A DNA stretch of 64,000 nucleotides, taken from an uncultured Rhodobiaceae bacterium. Lineage in GTDB: Bacteria; Pseudomonadota; Alphaproteobacteria; Rhizobiales; TMED25. Below the pieces are notes generated by a model. The model saw nothing but the letters and a program-made list of their open reading frames with translations. It had not been told where the DNA came from and did no database searches. Position numbers and translations under genes: made by a program. Shown here in pieces: positions 11,748-21,728 of this stretch (the stretch's first letter is position 1; each line of letters opens with the position of its first letter). Location of the stretch: the NCBI GenBank assembly GCA_913045225.1, contig CAJWPC010000001.1, forward strand, positions 15,128 to 79,127, written 5' to 3'.

Positions 11748-12884
11748 ATGCAAATTTCCGTATTAACCGAGCATGATCAATTAGAAACAAGAGTAGCTTT
11801 ATCGCCAGATACAGTAAAAAAACTTGTTTCAAATGGCCTCAACGTCATTATACAATCCGGCTGTGGGCAGCAATCGAATTATTCAGACCAGCAATATGAA
11901 GAAGCAGGTGCAAATGTTACAAGAACGATAAGTGATAAAGTTCTCAGTTCAGACATTTTGGTAACAGTCAAAAGGCCCGATGATAAAATCTTAGCAAAAT
12001 TAAATAAAAGTGCGATTGTAATTGGTCAAATGGATCCTTACGTGAGCCCAACTGAAATGGATGAATATACTAAATATGGACATCAGCTTTTCTCGATGGA
12101 ACTAATGCCTCGTATTACCAGAGCTCAGTCTATGGATGTACTATCATCCCAATCAAATCTTGCAGGATATAAAGCAGTAATTGACAGTACTGCAGAATAC
12201 AAAAAAGCTATTCCAATGATGATGACTGCTGCTGGGACAATAGCACCCGCAAAAATATTTATAATGGGTGTAGGGGTAGCTGGACTTCAGGCGATTGCGA
12301 CAGCAAGGAGATTGGGTGGTATCGTGACAGCCACTGATGTTAGACCGGCAACAAAAGAGCAAGTAGAGTCACTTGGAGCTAAGTTTATAGCCGTTGAAGA
12401 CGAAGAGTTTAAGGCTGCTGAGACTGCAGCAGGTTATGCAAAGGAAATGTCAAAAGAGTATCAAGAGAAACAAAGTCAGCTTGTCTCAGAACATATTAAA
12501 AACCAAGATATTGTTATAACAACAGCCTTGATACCTGGAAGAAAAGCTCCAATACTTATTACCAAGAAAATGGTTGAAACAATGAAAGAAGGTTCAGTCA
12601 TAGCTGACCTTGCAACCGAAAGAGGTGGTAATGTAGAAATTGCGCAGCCTGGGAAAAATATCATGCACAACGGAGTTGCAATTCTAGGCTCAGAAAATTT
12701 CGCAAGGCTTCTGCCGACAGATGCATCTAATCTATATGCACAGAATGTATTGAAGTTCTTGGATGAAATAATTGACTATGAAAATAAACAATTATCAATA
12801 AATTACGATGATGAGATAATTAAGGGAATTCTAATTTCAAGGGCTGGTAAATTAGTGCACCCAATGTACCAGAAAGGAGAGTAA
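11748..12884 (+). CDS. pntA: NAD(P) transhydrogenase alpha subunit part 1 (dI)
   Basis: ETRVALSP, RITRAQSMDVLSSQSNLAGY, GVGVAGLQA and TTALIPG motifs. Confidence 0.97.
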   Translation: MQISVLTEHDQLETRVALSPDTVKKLVSNGLNVIIQSGCGQQSNYSDQQYEEAGANVTRTISDKVLSSDILVTVKRPDDKILAKLNKSAIVIGQMDPYVSPTEMDEYTKYGHQLFSMELMPRITRAQSMDVLSSQSNLAGYKAVIDSTAEYKKAIPMMMTAAGTIAPAKIFIMGVGVAGLQAIATARRLGGIVTATDVRPATKEQVESLGAKFIAVEDEEFKAAETAAGYAKEMSKEYQEKQSQLVSEHIKNQDIVITTALIPGRKAPILITKKMVETMKEGSVIADLATERGGNVEIAQPGKNIMHNGVAILGSENFARLLPTDASNLYAQNVLKFLDEIIDYENKQLSINYDDEIIKGILISRAGKLVHPMYQKGE

Positions 12885-12886
12885 TT

Positions 12887-13264
12887 ATGGCTATGGAAAA
12901 GACAATGACCGATATCGTTGATATGGCGCATAATGTTGGATTAATGGGAACAGTAGATCCGTTGATGTATAAGTTTGCAATTTTTATTCTCGCTATTTTT
13001 ATTGGTTACTACGTAATTTGGAGTGTTACTCCTGCCTTACATACACCACTTATGTCGGTAACAAATGCTATCTCATCTGTTATCATTGTAGGCGCTCTTT
13101 TGTCTCTTGGGGCAGAATTTATTGAAGGTCAAACAAGCCTTACAAATTTCTATATTGCAAAGGGTTTTGGTTTTGTTGCCCTTATACTTGCATCTATCAA
13201 TATCTTTGGTGGCTTTTTTGTTACGTATCGAATGCTATCAATGTACAAAAAGAAGGTAAAATAA
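12887..13264 (+). CDS. pntA: NAD(P) transhydrogenase alpha subunit part 2 (membrane)
   Basis: VTPALHTPLMSVTNAISS and NIFGGF.VT.RML motifs. Three-gene (split alpha) organisation. Confidence 0.96.
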   Translation: MAMEKTMTDIVDMAHNVGLMGTVDPLMYKFAIFILAIFIGYYVIWSVTPALHTPLMSVTNAISSVIIVGALLSLGAEFIEGQTSLTNFYIAKGFGFVALILASINIFGGFFVTYRMLSMYKKKVK

Positions 13265-13265
13265 C

Positions 13266-14660
13266 GTGTCTGCTAATTTAATTTCATTCTTATACTTAAT
13301 TTCAGGGATATTTTTTATTCTAGCTCTCAGGGGACTATCAAATCCTGAATCTGCAAGAATGGGAAATTATTTTGGTATAATTGGTATGGTCATAGCGGCC
13401 TTCACGACACTTTTCATATCACCACCCGTTGGTATAGATTTGTTATTGCTTCTGGGAGGCTTATTAATTGGGGGTACAATTGGTCTAGTTATTGCCAAAA
13501 AGATTGCAATGACGGCTATGCCACAACTTGTTGCAGCATTCCATTCTCTAGTTGGTCTCGCTGCTGTACTGGTTGCATCTGCAGCATTGTATGTCCCTTC
13601 ATCGATGGGCATAGGTACGGTTGGCGATATACACTTAGCAAGCTTAATTGAGATGGGACTTGGTGTAATAATTGGAGCCATAACTTTTTCAGGCTCTATT
13701 ATTGCATTTCTCAAATTACAAGGCTTGATGTCCGGGTCTCCAATAGTATTTCCAAAACAGCACCTTCTAAATCTTATTATAGCCATTGGTATTGTGTCAC
13801 TTCTTGTTGTGTTTACCATAACTGAGTCTCATTCAATCTATTGGACAATAGTGTTATTATCATTCCTCATTGGTTTTTTGATTATTATACCAATCGGGGG
13901 TGCAGATATGCCCGTTGTTGTATCAATGCTCAACTCATATTCAGGTTGGGCTGCCGCAGGTATTGGGTTCACGTTAGGAAACATAGCTCTTATTATAACT
14001 GGCGCATTAGTTGGGTCCTCAGGCGCAATATTATCTTACATCATGTGCAAGGGAATGAATCGATCATTTTTCAACGTTATACTTGGGGGCTTTGGTGGTG
14101 AAACTTCTTCAGAAAGTGCTGGCAGTACAGAAAATAGACCAGTAAAGCAAGGATCTGCTGATGATGCTGCTTTTATTATGAAAAATGCAGGCTCTGTAAT
14201 AATTGTGCCTGGTTATGGAATGGCAGTGGCGCAAGCACAGCACGCTCTTCGTGAGATGGTTGATATATTGAAAGAATCAGGGGTAAATGTCTCTTATGCA
14301 ATTCACCCGGTAGCTGGAAGAATGCCAGGACACATGAATGTCCTATTAGCGGAGGCTCAAGTTCCGTATGATGAAGTATTTGAATTAGAAGATATAAATT
14401 CTCAGTTCAATCAAACTGACGTTACCTTCGTAATTGGTGCAAATGACGTCACAAACCCGGCAGCAAAAACCGATACAAGCAGTCCCATCTATGGGATGCC
14501 TATATTAGACGTTGAAAGATCCGGTACAATCTTATTCTTAAAAAGATCCCTTGCATCAGGATATGCTGGCGTTGAAAATGAGTTATTTTTTAGAGATAAC
14601 ACAATGATGTTATTCGGTGATGCGAAGAAAATGGTAGAGGATATCGTTAAAGCCTTCTAG
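13266..14660 (+). CDS. pntB: NAD(P) transhydrogenase beta subunit
   Basis: MPQLVAAFHSLVGLAA, IGGADMPVV, PGYGMAVAQAQ and HPVAGRMPGHMNVLLAEA motifs. GTG start. Confidence 0.98.
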   Translation: MSANLISFLYLISGIFFILALRGLSNPESARMGNYFGIIGMVIAAFTTLFISPPVGIDLLLLLGGLLIGGTIGLVIAKKIAMTAMPQLVAAFHSLVGLAAVLVASAALYVPSSMGIGTVGDIHLASLIEMGLGVIIGAITFSGSIIAFLKLQGLMSGSPIVFPKQHLLNLIIAIGIVSLLVVFTITESHSIYWTIVLLSFLIGFLIIIPIGGADMPVVVSMLNSYSGWAAAGIGFTLGNIALIITGALVGSSGAILSYIMCKGMNRSFFNVILGGFGGETSSESAGSTENRPVKQGSADDAAFIMKNAGSVIIVPGYGMAVAQAQHALREMVDILKESGVNVSYAIHPVAGRMPGHMNVLLAEAQVPYDEVFELEDINSQFNQTDVTFVIGANDVTNPAAKTDTSSPIYGMPILDVERSGTILFLKRSLASGYAGVENELFFRDNTMMLFGDAKKMVEDIVKAF

Positions 14661-15483
14661 CCCGTTTTATTTTTATTAATTCCTTTTTCGCTCTAGCATT
14701 GTTACGCTCTTCAGATAAAATCTTTTCATAATCTTTTATAGCATCTTCAATCTGATTCAAACTCTTGAGAACGTCAGCTCTGATAAAAAGTGCAGGTACT
14801 AAACTTGGGTCATAGTTAAGAACTTGGTTTAAATCATCTAACGCATTATGCAGTCTTCCAAGCTGATGGTAGGATAAGGACCTATAATATAGAGCGGTTA
14901 CATTATTTGGTCTTTGACTTATAGAATAATCAAAATCCTGTATCGCATCAGCGTGCAATTTGTATCTTTGTTTAATTTTTCCACGCATCTGGTAGGCTAA
15001 GAAATTTTTATTATTATATTTTATTGCACTATCTAAATCGCCTAATGCCAATTTTGATTTATTAATACCATCATAATATTTTGCCCTACTATAATACGCG
15101 TCAGAATAAAATGGGTTTATAGTCAATGATATATCAAAATCAGATAAAGCCTGCTCAAAGTTACCCAATAAATAATGAGCTTCTCCTCTATAGTTGAAAG
15201 CTTCGAATGCCCCAGGATCTTGACTTAGTACAATATTAAAGCTATCAATTGCGTCGTCGAAATTATTATGCCGCATATACTCTTTGCCCAATAATATATA
15301 TATATCTAAATTTTTCTCATCATTATGAAGGGCTGATTTTATTGACAGAATACTTTTCTCTTTGCTCTCACTTTGATAAAAAGTTGGGTTTGTTTGGCTT
15401 TGCAGCGGGGTATTTTTAGAGGTCATACAGCCGTTTAGCGGTATTAAAACACAAATCAGTAAGATTAATTGATTTCTAGTCAT
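14647..15483 (-). CDS. Tetratricopeptide-repeat lipoprotein
   Basis: Hydrophobic signal peptide ending LNGC (lipobox-like), followed by about seven TPR-like 34-aa units (for example AFNYRGEAHYLLGNFEQALSDF). Confidence 0.85.
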   Translation of the reverse strand: MTRNQLILLICVLIPLNGCMTSKNTPLQSQTNPTFYQSESKEKSILSIKSALHNDEKNLDIYILLGKEYMRHNNFDDAIDSFNIVLSQDPGAFEAFNYRGEAHYLLGNFEQALSDFDISLTINPFYSDAYYSRAKYYDGINKSKLALGDLDSAIKYNNKNFLAYQMRGKIKQRYKLHADAIQDFDYSISQRPNNVTALYYRSLSYHQLGRLHNALDDLNQVLNYDPSLVPALFIRADVLKSLNQIEDAIKDYEKILSEERNNARAKKELIKIKRARRL

Positions 15484-15564
15484 ACAATAGTGGCTAACCT
15501 AGATTAATAGGTTCCTATCATTAAATACAATGCCTAATTATAATTTGTGGGTGTTAATATCTAT

Positions 15565-15777
15565 TTAAAAAATACTTGAACCATCTCGGAGTAGTTTTTT
15601 TCTCGCGAGCTTTCTGCCACGCCTAATTGCTTCAGCTTTTTCTCGCGCGCGCTTTTCAGATGGCTTTTCATAATGATTTCTGAGTTTCATTTCCCTAAAA
15701 ATACCCTCTCTTTGCATTTTCTTTTTTAATGCTTTCAGAGCCTGATCAACGTTATTATCTCTTACAGTTACTTGCAA
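15565..15777 (-). CDS. rpsU: 30S ribosomal protein S21
   Basis: [24 protein letters not shown]...[13 protein letters not shown] at 15777 is preceded by GGAG (the ORF track starts at 15789). Confidence 0.97.
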   Translation of the reverse strand: MQVTVRDNNVDQALKALKKKMQREGIFREMKLRNHYEKPSEKRAREKAEAIRRGRKLARKKLLRDGSSIF

Positions 15778-15880
15778 ATTTATCTCCAATTTAGAAATTT
15801 TTATTTGGATATTTCCATTACTTATAACTTATTATATATTTTTGTAAACACAAATAGAACTTCTTGTTCAATATTTATTA

Positions 15881-16942
15881 TTATTTAAATTCTTCAAGAA
15901 AATTAACATGCCCCATCTTTCGTCCCTTTTTTGTTTCAGTCTTTCCATAAATATATATTTTTTCATTTTTTGAGTTATCTTTATCTTTCCAAATATTGAC
16001 GTCGTCACCGATTAGATTGAGCATTTTTGTCTTAAAAATTAATTTTGGATTTAGTATCTTTAATTGTGATACAGCTCTAATATGTTGTTCAAATTGTGAT
16101 ACGTCAGAACCATCAAGGGTCCAATGGCCTGAATTATGAACTCTCGGTGCTATCTCATTTACTAATATAGAATTATCTTTCAATACAAAGAACTCTATTG
16201 CTAAGACACCAATATAATTTAGATTTTTAATCATTTTTGTTGATATCTCATATAGAGTATTCTCGGTCTTCTGATCAATAGATGCAGGAACGCATGAGGT
16301 ATTAAGAATGTGGTTTTTATGAATATTTTCAGAAGGGGGGTAAGTAAAAGCATTACCATGAGTGTCACGCGCTGATATTGTTGACACTTCGATGGCAAAA
16401 TCAACAAACTCTTCTAGGATACATGGTCTATTACCAAATTCTTTAAATGCCTCTTCAGCCTCGCTTTTTGTATTTATCACTCTTTGCCCTTTACCATCAT
16501 ATCCGAGCTGACGCGTCTTAATTACACTTTTTTTATCATAATTCCAATGGGAAAGATCTGAGATGTTTACGACATTAGTATACTCATTTGTGGCTATTTG
16601 ATTTTTAACACAAAAATCTTTTTCCATTAAACGATCTTTACTAATTTTAATAGCATCCGAAGAAGGAAATAACTTACCCGATTTTGCGATAAAATTTATT
16701 GTGTTTTGAGGAATATTCTCAAATTCAATTGTTATATAATCAACACTCTTTATGAATTTAACTAAATTTTGTTTATCATCATACTCGGCAATAGTTTGAT
16801 TAGTTGCGAATTTAAAGGCAGGGCTTTCATGGTCTGGGCAATAAATGTTTGTTTCAAAGCCAATATTTTTTGCAGCCTCGGCTAGCAACATTCCTAGTTG
16901 ACCACCTCCAAATATGCCGATAGTTTTCTTTTTGTGGGTCAT
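15881..16942 (-). CDS. purK: N5-carboxyaminoimidazole ribonucleotide synthase
   Basis: [38 protein letters not shown] and GRKMGH motifs. Overlaps purE by 4 nt. Confidence 0.97.
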   Translation of the reverse strand: MTHKKKTIGIFGGGQLGMLLAEAAKNIGFETNIYCPDHESPAFKFATNQTIAEYDDKQNLVKFIKSVDYITIEFENIPQNTINFIAKSGKLFPSSDAIKISKDRLMEKDFCVKNQIATNEYTNVVNISDLSHWNYDKKSVIKTRQLGYDGKGQRVINTKSEAEEAFKEFGNRPCILEEFVDFAIEVSTISARDTHGNAFTYPPSENIHKNHILNTSCVPASIDQKTENTLYEISTKMIKNLNYIGVLAIEFFVLKDNSILVNEIAPRVHNSGHWTLDGSDVSQFEQHIRAVSQLKILNPKLIFKTKMLNLIGDDVNIWKDKDNSKNEKIYIYGKTETKKGRKMGHVNFLEEFK

Positions 16943-17412
16943 TTAGGGATTTTATCTATCGACTCTGTTTGTTTATTTCTATACGACTTCAGCATCAAAG
17001 CCAATTTTTCATCGTTTATTGATAATATCGATATTGCCAATAGTGCTGCATTTGTAGAACCAGATGTTCCAATTGCAAGAGTTCCAACAGGTATGCCTTT
17101 AGGCATCTGTACAATAGACAAAAGACTATCAACGCCATTTAATAAGTTTGACTCGATCGGAACACCTAAAACAGGCAATGTTGTAATAGAGGCAACCATA
17201 CCAGGGAGGTGAGCGGACCCACCAGCTCCAGCAATGATTATAGAATAATTTTTTTCTGCATCTTTTGCAAAACTATACAACCTCTCAGGAGTTCTATGAG
17301 CGGAAATGATTAACGTGTCGTAATTTTGTTCAAATTCATCAAGAATATTTGCTGCAAACTTCATTGTCTCCCAATCTGACTGTGAGCCCATGATTATTGC
17401 TATCTTTTTCAT
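16939..17412 (-). CDS. purE: N5-CAIR mutase
   Basis: [27 protein letters not shown] and [10 protein letters not shown] motifs. Confidence 0.98.
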   Translation of the reverse strand: MKKIAIIMGSQSDWETMKFAANILDEFEQNYDTLIISAHRTPERLYSFAKDAEKNYSIIIAGAGGSAHLPGMVASITTLPVLGVPIESNLLNGVDSLLSIVQMPKGIPVGTLAIGTSGSTNAALLAISILSINDEKLALMLKSYRNKQTESIDKIPK

Positions 17413-17427
17413 CTATCAAACTCCATA

Positions 17428-18180
17428 TTAAACTGACATGTTCGTAAAGCCGTCATATATAAGTTTTATACTCACTAAAAATAACAGAATATAAATTATT
17501 TCATAGAATATTTTTGTTGGTAGTTTCCTTACAATCCAGATACCTAAAAATGTAAAGATCAGTGATATAGGAAATAATATTACTGATGTCGTAATTGTTA
17601 CCTTATTCATTTCACCCAACATCATAAATGGAATTATTTTGAGTAAATTGTTCATCCAGAAAAATATCATAAAAGTTCCAGCATATGTTCTCTGATCGAG
17701 CCTGAGAGGCAAAAGATACATTTGGTATGGGGGTGCGCCCGTCAATGTAACAAAGCTTGTAAAGCCTGTAATGCTTCCCCAAATCGTTCCTCTCACTATG
17801 CTGTGTCCTCGTGGTTGTTTCTCCTTGGTATTTCTCCAGTGGGACATGGTGAAAGATATTGCAATAAAACCTATGATTATTCTTATCCAGTCTGGATTAA
17901 CTTGTGAAACCAAGATTGCTCCGATTATGATGCCAATAATTGATGTTGGGATTGTTATCAATAGAGTAATTTTATCATACGATTTTCTGTATGTCCAAAC
18001 AGCAACTAGATCTAATATCAATAATATCGGCATTAGTACAGCTGCGGCTTGCATCGGAGATGCAACGATTGCCATTAATGGTACTGCTAGCACACCAAGT
18101 CCTGTAAGACCCCCCTTAGATAATCCAATCAGAATTACAGAGGGAATAGCCATAGCGTAAAATAATGGATCAATTATCAT
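17428..18180 (-). CDS. Sulfite exporter TauE/SafE family membrane protein
   Basis: About 8 TM segments in two repeats; GLSKGG and GFTSFV..GAPP motifs. Confidence 0.88.
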   Translation of the reverse strand: MIIDPLFYAMAIPSVILIGLSKGGLTGLGVLAVPLMAIVASPMQAAAVLMPILLILDLVAVWTYRKSYDKITLLITIPTSIIGIIIGAILVSQVNPDWIRIIIGFIAISFTMSHWRNTKEKQPRGHSIVRGTIWGSITGFTSFVTLTGAPPYQMYLLPLRLDQRTYAGTFMIFFWMNNLLKIIPFMMLGEMNKVTITTSVILFPISLIFTFLGIWIVRKLPTKIFYEIIYILLFLVSIKLIYDGFTNMSV

Positions 18181-18225
18181 CGAGAGACTTATATATAGTT
18201 TTATTAAAAAGACTTGTGCTTTAAA

Positions 18226-18813
18226 TTAATCAGGAGTATCTGCTGTCGACTGAAGTGTTTTATTTTCTTTTTGCGCCTCTCGTTCAACTCTTTTTGAAGC
18301 TCTCAGAACTAATTTATCAAGTTCTATTTGAGAGCAAAGACCCAGCACAACCGGGTCCTGAGGTTGTATATTTCCTATGTTCCAATGCGTTCTGTTTCTG
18401 ATAGACTCTATTGTTGATTTTGTTGTGCCAACAAGCCGAATTACCTCGCTATCTTTCAATTCAGAATGATTTCTCACGAGCCATGCAATTGCAGCGGGTC
18501 TGTCTTGTCTCCTTGATAAAGGCGTGTATTTTTTTTGTTTTTTTGTTGTGGTCTCTGGCAGCTCAACTATTGTTTGATTTAGTTTCAGTGTGTGCTCACT
18601 ATTTTGTTCAGCGGCCTCGAGTTCCACTCTCGTTAATTCACCAGACATTATAGGATCCATTCCCCGGATCCCTTGAGCAACGTCCCCATCTGCAATTCCC
18701 TTAACTTCAAGTGGGTGTAAACTGCAGAATTCGGCTATCTGATCAAAAGTTAACGCCGTGTTCTCTACTAACCAAACAGCTGTTGCTTTGGGCATTAGAG
18801 GTGTTTGTGCCAT
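18226..18813 (-). CDS. DUF1013 family protein
   Basis: PLMPKATAVWLVENTALTFDQIAEFC and RRQDRP.AIAWL signature. ATG 18813 follows GGAG. Confidence 0.93.
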   Translation of the reverse strand: MAQTPLMPKATAVWLVENTALTFDQIAEFCSLHPLEVKGIADGDVAQGIRGMDPIMSGELTRVELEAAEQNSEHTLKLNQTIVELPETTTKKQKKYTPLSRRQDRPAAIAWLVRNHSELKDSEVIRLVGTTKSTIESIRNRTHWNIGNIQPQDPVVLGLCSQIELDKLVLRASKRVEREAQKENKTLQSTADTPD

Positions 18814-18891
18814 AATATACTCCAAATTATCGGTCTATAAGATATTAATATACTAATATTTATTTTGTTTCTATAGATATTCGAAATTATT

Positions 18892-19869
18892 TTATTCTTT
18901 CGTCAGAATAATTTTTCCAAAATGCTCGCCGCTTTTCATCAAATCATGTGCTTGATTTGCTTCTTCGAGGAAAAAACTTTTGTAGATAATTGGTTTTATC
19001 TTACCTTGATTAATTAAAGGTAAGATCTTCGATTCAATATCATTTGCAATAGCAGCTTTGTACTCTAAATTTTTTGGACGTAGGACCGATCCTGTGTGAG
19101 ATAGGCTCTTTCTCATAATTTGGGAAAGATCAATATTGCACAGATGCCCTTCTAAATAAGCAATCTGAATAATTCGAGCATTCATAGCTGACAAAGAATA
19201 ATTTTTGTTTGTATAGCCACCACCAACGATATCTAGAGTTATATCTATTTTATTATATCTGGAGTTCTTAATTTCCTCATAGAAATCTTGATTGTTATAA
19301 TTTACGACAAAATCTGCACCAATCTCATAGCATTTTTTGCGCTTATCTTCACTGCTCGTTGTGGTTATGACATTTGCACCAAATTCTTTTGATATCTGTA
19401 TAGCTGTTGTCCCAATGCCACTTGAACCACCATGGATAAGAACATTCTCATTGGGCCTCAGTTTGCCAATTCGAAATAAATTATTCCATACTGTAAAATA
19501 AGTCTCAGGTATTGCTGCCGCTTCTACAAAAGATAGATTTTCTGGCATTGGTAAGGTAAGTTCTTGGTTTGCCAGACAATACTCAGAATAGCCACCACCC
19601 CCGAGGAGTGCAATTACCTTATCACCTTTATTAAATTTTTTAACTCCCGATCCCACTTCTCTGATAATTCCAGAAACTTCTAGTCCTGGGTGATCTGGGG
19701 ACCCTTTTGGAGGTGGATGAAGTCCATATCTTTGCAATATATCGGGTCTGTTGACGCCACTAGCTTGCACTTCAATTAATACTTCACCCTCGTTCGGAGC
19801 AGGAACAGCTTTCTCGGTCAGAATAAGTTTACTATTCTTACCATGATTGACTATATCTATTACTTTCAT
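18892..19869 (-). CDS. NAD(P)H-quinone oxidoreductase (PIG3 family, MDR superfamily)
   Basis: GVNRPDILQR.G, PGLEVSG, LIHGGSSGIGT and HFGKIIL motifs. Confidence 0.93.
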   Translation of the reverse strand: MKVIDIVNHGKNSKLILTEKAVPAPNEGEVLIEVQASGVNRPDILQRYGLHPPPKGSPDHPGLEVSGIIREVGSGVKKFNKGDKVIALLGGGGYSEYCLANQELTLPMPENLSFVEAAAIPETYFTVWNNLFRIGKLRPNENVLIHGGSSGIGTTAIQISKEFGANVITTTSSEDKRKKCYEIGADFVVNYNNQDFYEEIKNSRYNKIDITLDIVGGGYTNKNYSLSAMNARIIQIAYLEGHLCNIDLSQIMRKSLSHTGSVLRPKNLEYKAAIANDIESKILPLINQGKIKPIIYKSFFLEEANQAHDLMKSGEHFGKIILTKE

Positions 19870-19913
19870 TAGAAGTGTTATTTATGGTATAAACTGGATT
19901 TAAATTTATAAGG

Positions 19914-20138
19914 TTATTTACTTACAAGGCCTTCAAATTTTTTATTAAATTTACTCACCCTTCCACCCCTATCAAGTATTTGCTGAGAACCACCAGTCCA
20001 TGCAGGATGGCTAGTTGGATCGATATCTAATGTTAGAGTATCACCTTCCGTTCCGTACGTTGAGTGCGTTTCATATTTGGTTCCGTCAGTCATGACAACT
20101 TGTATTTTATGGTAATCTGGATGACCTTGTTTTTTCAT
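19914..20138 (-). CDS. rpmE: 50S ribosomal protein L31 (Cys-free alphaproteobacterial type)
   Basis: [28 protein letters not shown] and [10 protein letters not shown] motifs. Confidence 0.97.
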   Translation of the reverse strand: MKKQGHPDYHKIQVVMTDGTKYETHSTYGTEGDTLTLDIDPTSHPAWTGGSQQILDRGGRVSKFNKKFEGLVSK

Positions 20139-20209
20139 TTTACTATCTCATACATTTATGTTTTGATTATATACAATAATATACCAAACATCACAAGTCC
20201 AAAATTATT

Positions 20210-21694
20210 CTAACTCTCTGTGAGTTTTATTTCAATGCGTCTATTTTTCTTATAGGCAATCTCGTTATCTCCAGTTTCAAGTGGCATAAACTCACCCCTT
20301 CCAGTTGCAGCAAGTCTATTAGGAGGAATCCCCGTTTTTATGAGGAAGTCTACAACTGAAATCGCCCTAGCAGCTGATAATTCCCAATTTGACTCATATC
20401 TGGAATTTCTGATTGGGACTCTGTCCGTATGCCCATCTATCCTAAGTATCCAATTTATCTCTTGTGGTATTTCATTTATAAGGTCTTGGATAGCTACGGA
20501 TAGCTTTGCGAGCTGTCTTTGTCCTTCAATTCCTATATTTGCCTCCCCACTATCGAAAAGCACTTCTGACTGGAATACAAATCTGTCACCAATAATTTTA
20601 ATATCATCCCGGTTACCAATTATTTCTTTAAGCTTACCGAAAAATTCAGATCTATATTCAGATAATTCTTTTACTCTTTGCGCCAATGCAACATTTAATC
20701 TCTTCCCCAAGTCTGCTATTCTTGCTTGCTGGTCAATATCTCTTTTTTCAGACGCATCAAGAAGGGCTTGTAGTGCCTGTATTTGCTTCTTTAGCTCAGA
20801 AATTTGAATATTTAGAATTTGTACTTCATTGCCTGATGATTTTGCTTTTTGGCCTGTAGATAATAAAATCGATTTTAATTTTTCAAGTTTTTCACTATTT
20901 TCAATTTCTTTATTTCTAAGATCTATAATTATTTGCTCATTATCTTGAATTACTTTTTCTTGATCTATTGAAGCGATGTCCATGTTTAATTTATCTGTTT
21001 TTAGCTCAGTCAAGAGGTTATTTTGGTTTTCATTTTTTTCCCTCAGATCGATAATCACCTTTTCTTTATTTTCCAGATCTAAACCTAAATCATCTACATT
21101 ATTTTGTAGATTAGCTATTTGAACCTCAAAATTACTAATCTTCTCTGAATTATTTTTGAGTTGCAGATCTTTTATTTTAAGTAGTGTTGCGAGCTGATTT
21201 TTTTCAGATACGAGTTTAATTATTTTTTCACTTCTAAGAGCAGACTCATCTCTTTTTTCTTCGAAAAGCACGATTTTCTTATCCAAATCATCCTGCAGGA
21301 TAATTAGTCTGCTATTATAATCATCTTTAAGGGCAATAATTTCATCTTGTAGAATTATCACATCATCTTTGGCTTTCGCAAGCTGGATGTTCAACCCTTC
21401 ATTTTTTAAGCCAAGATTTATTATATCTTGTTCCAGAACCTGAATTCGGTTAATAAATTCTTCATTTTGGGTTTGCTCGAGGGACAATAGAAGCGACAGT
21501 TCATTAAGTTGATCTTGCAAATCAGATAAAGCATCGTCCTTTGATGATATTTCTGTTGATAGAAAAAATTGAGATAAGATAAATACAGTAAGTAAAAATA
21601 TTATGACTAATAAAATAGTAGCCATTGCATCGACAAATCCGGGCCAATAATTTGCTGTATTGCTGTTATTTGGTCGTGTACTACTTCTGGGCAT
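20210..21694 (-). CDS. MotB-like single-TM protein with long coiled coil and C-terminal OmpA-like peptidoglycan-binding domain
   Basis: YWPGFVDAM + TM helix, about 290 aa of heptad-rich sequence, then LRIDGHTD, NWELSAARA and NRRIEI. Confidence 0.88.
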   Translation of the reverse strand: MPRSSTRPNNSNTANYWPGFVDAMATILLVIIFLLTVFILSQFFLSTEISSKDDALSDLQDQLNELSLLLSLEQTQNEEFINRIQVLEQDIINLGLKNEGLNIQLAKAKDDVIILQDEIIALKDDYNSRLIILQDDLDKKIVLFEEKRDESALRSEKIIKLVSEKNQLATLLKIKDLQLKNNSEKISNFEVQIANLQNNVDDLGLDLENKEKVIIDLREKNENQNNLLTELKTDKLNMDIASIDQEKVIQDNEQIIIDLRNKEIENSEKLEKLKSILLSTGQKAKSSGNEVQILNIQISELKKQIQALQALLDASEKRDIDQQARIADLGKRLNVALAQRVKELSEYRSEFFGKLKEIIGNRDDIKIIGDRFVFQSEVLFDSGEANIGIEGQRQLAKLSVAIQDLINEIPQEINWILRIDGHTDRVPIRNSRYESNWELSAARAISVVDFLIKTGIPPNRLAATGRGEFMPLETGDNEIAYKKNRRIEIKLTES

Positions 21695-21728
21695 GGTTAA
21701 TACTGATTTTTCTGGTTAAAAAAAATTT

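Noticed and set aside
11748-13264. Split pntA as a frameshift or pseudogene
   Set aside because: The three-gene transhydrogenase (alpha1, alpha2, beta) is an established arrangement, and both parts are complete.
7142-20138. Cys-free L36 and L31 as a zinc-starvation adaptation
   Set aside because: Zn-independent L31 and L36 are the normal forms in Alphaproteobacteria, and no Zur box or second paralogue was seen.
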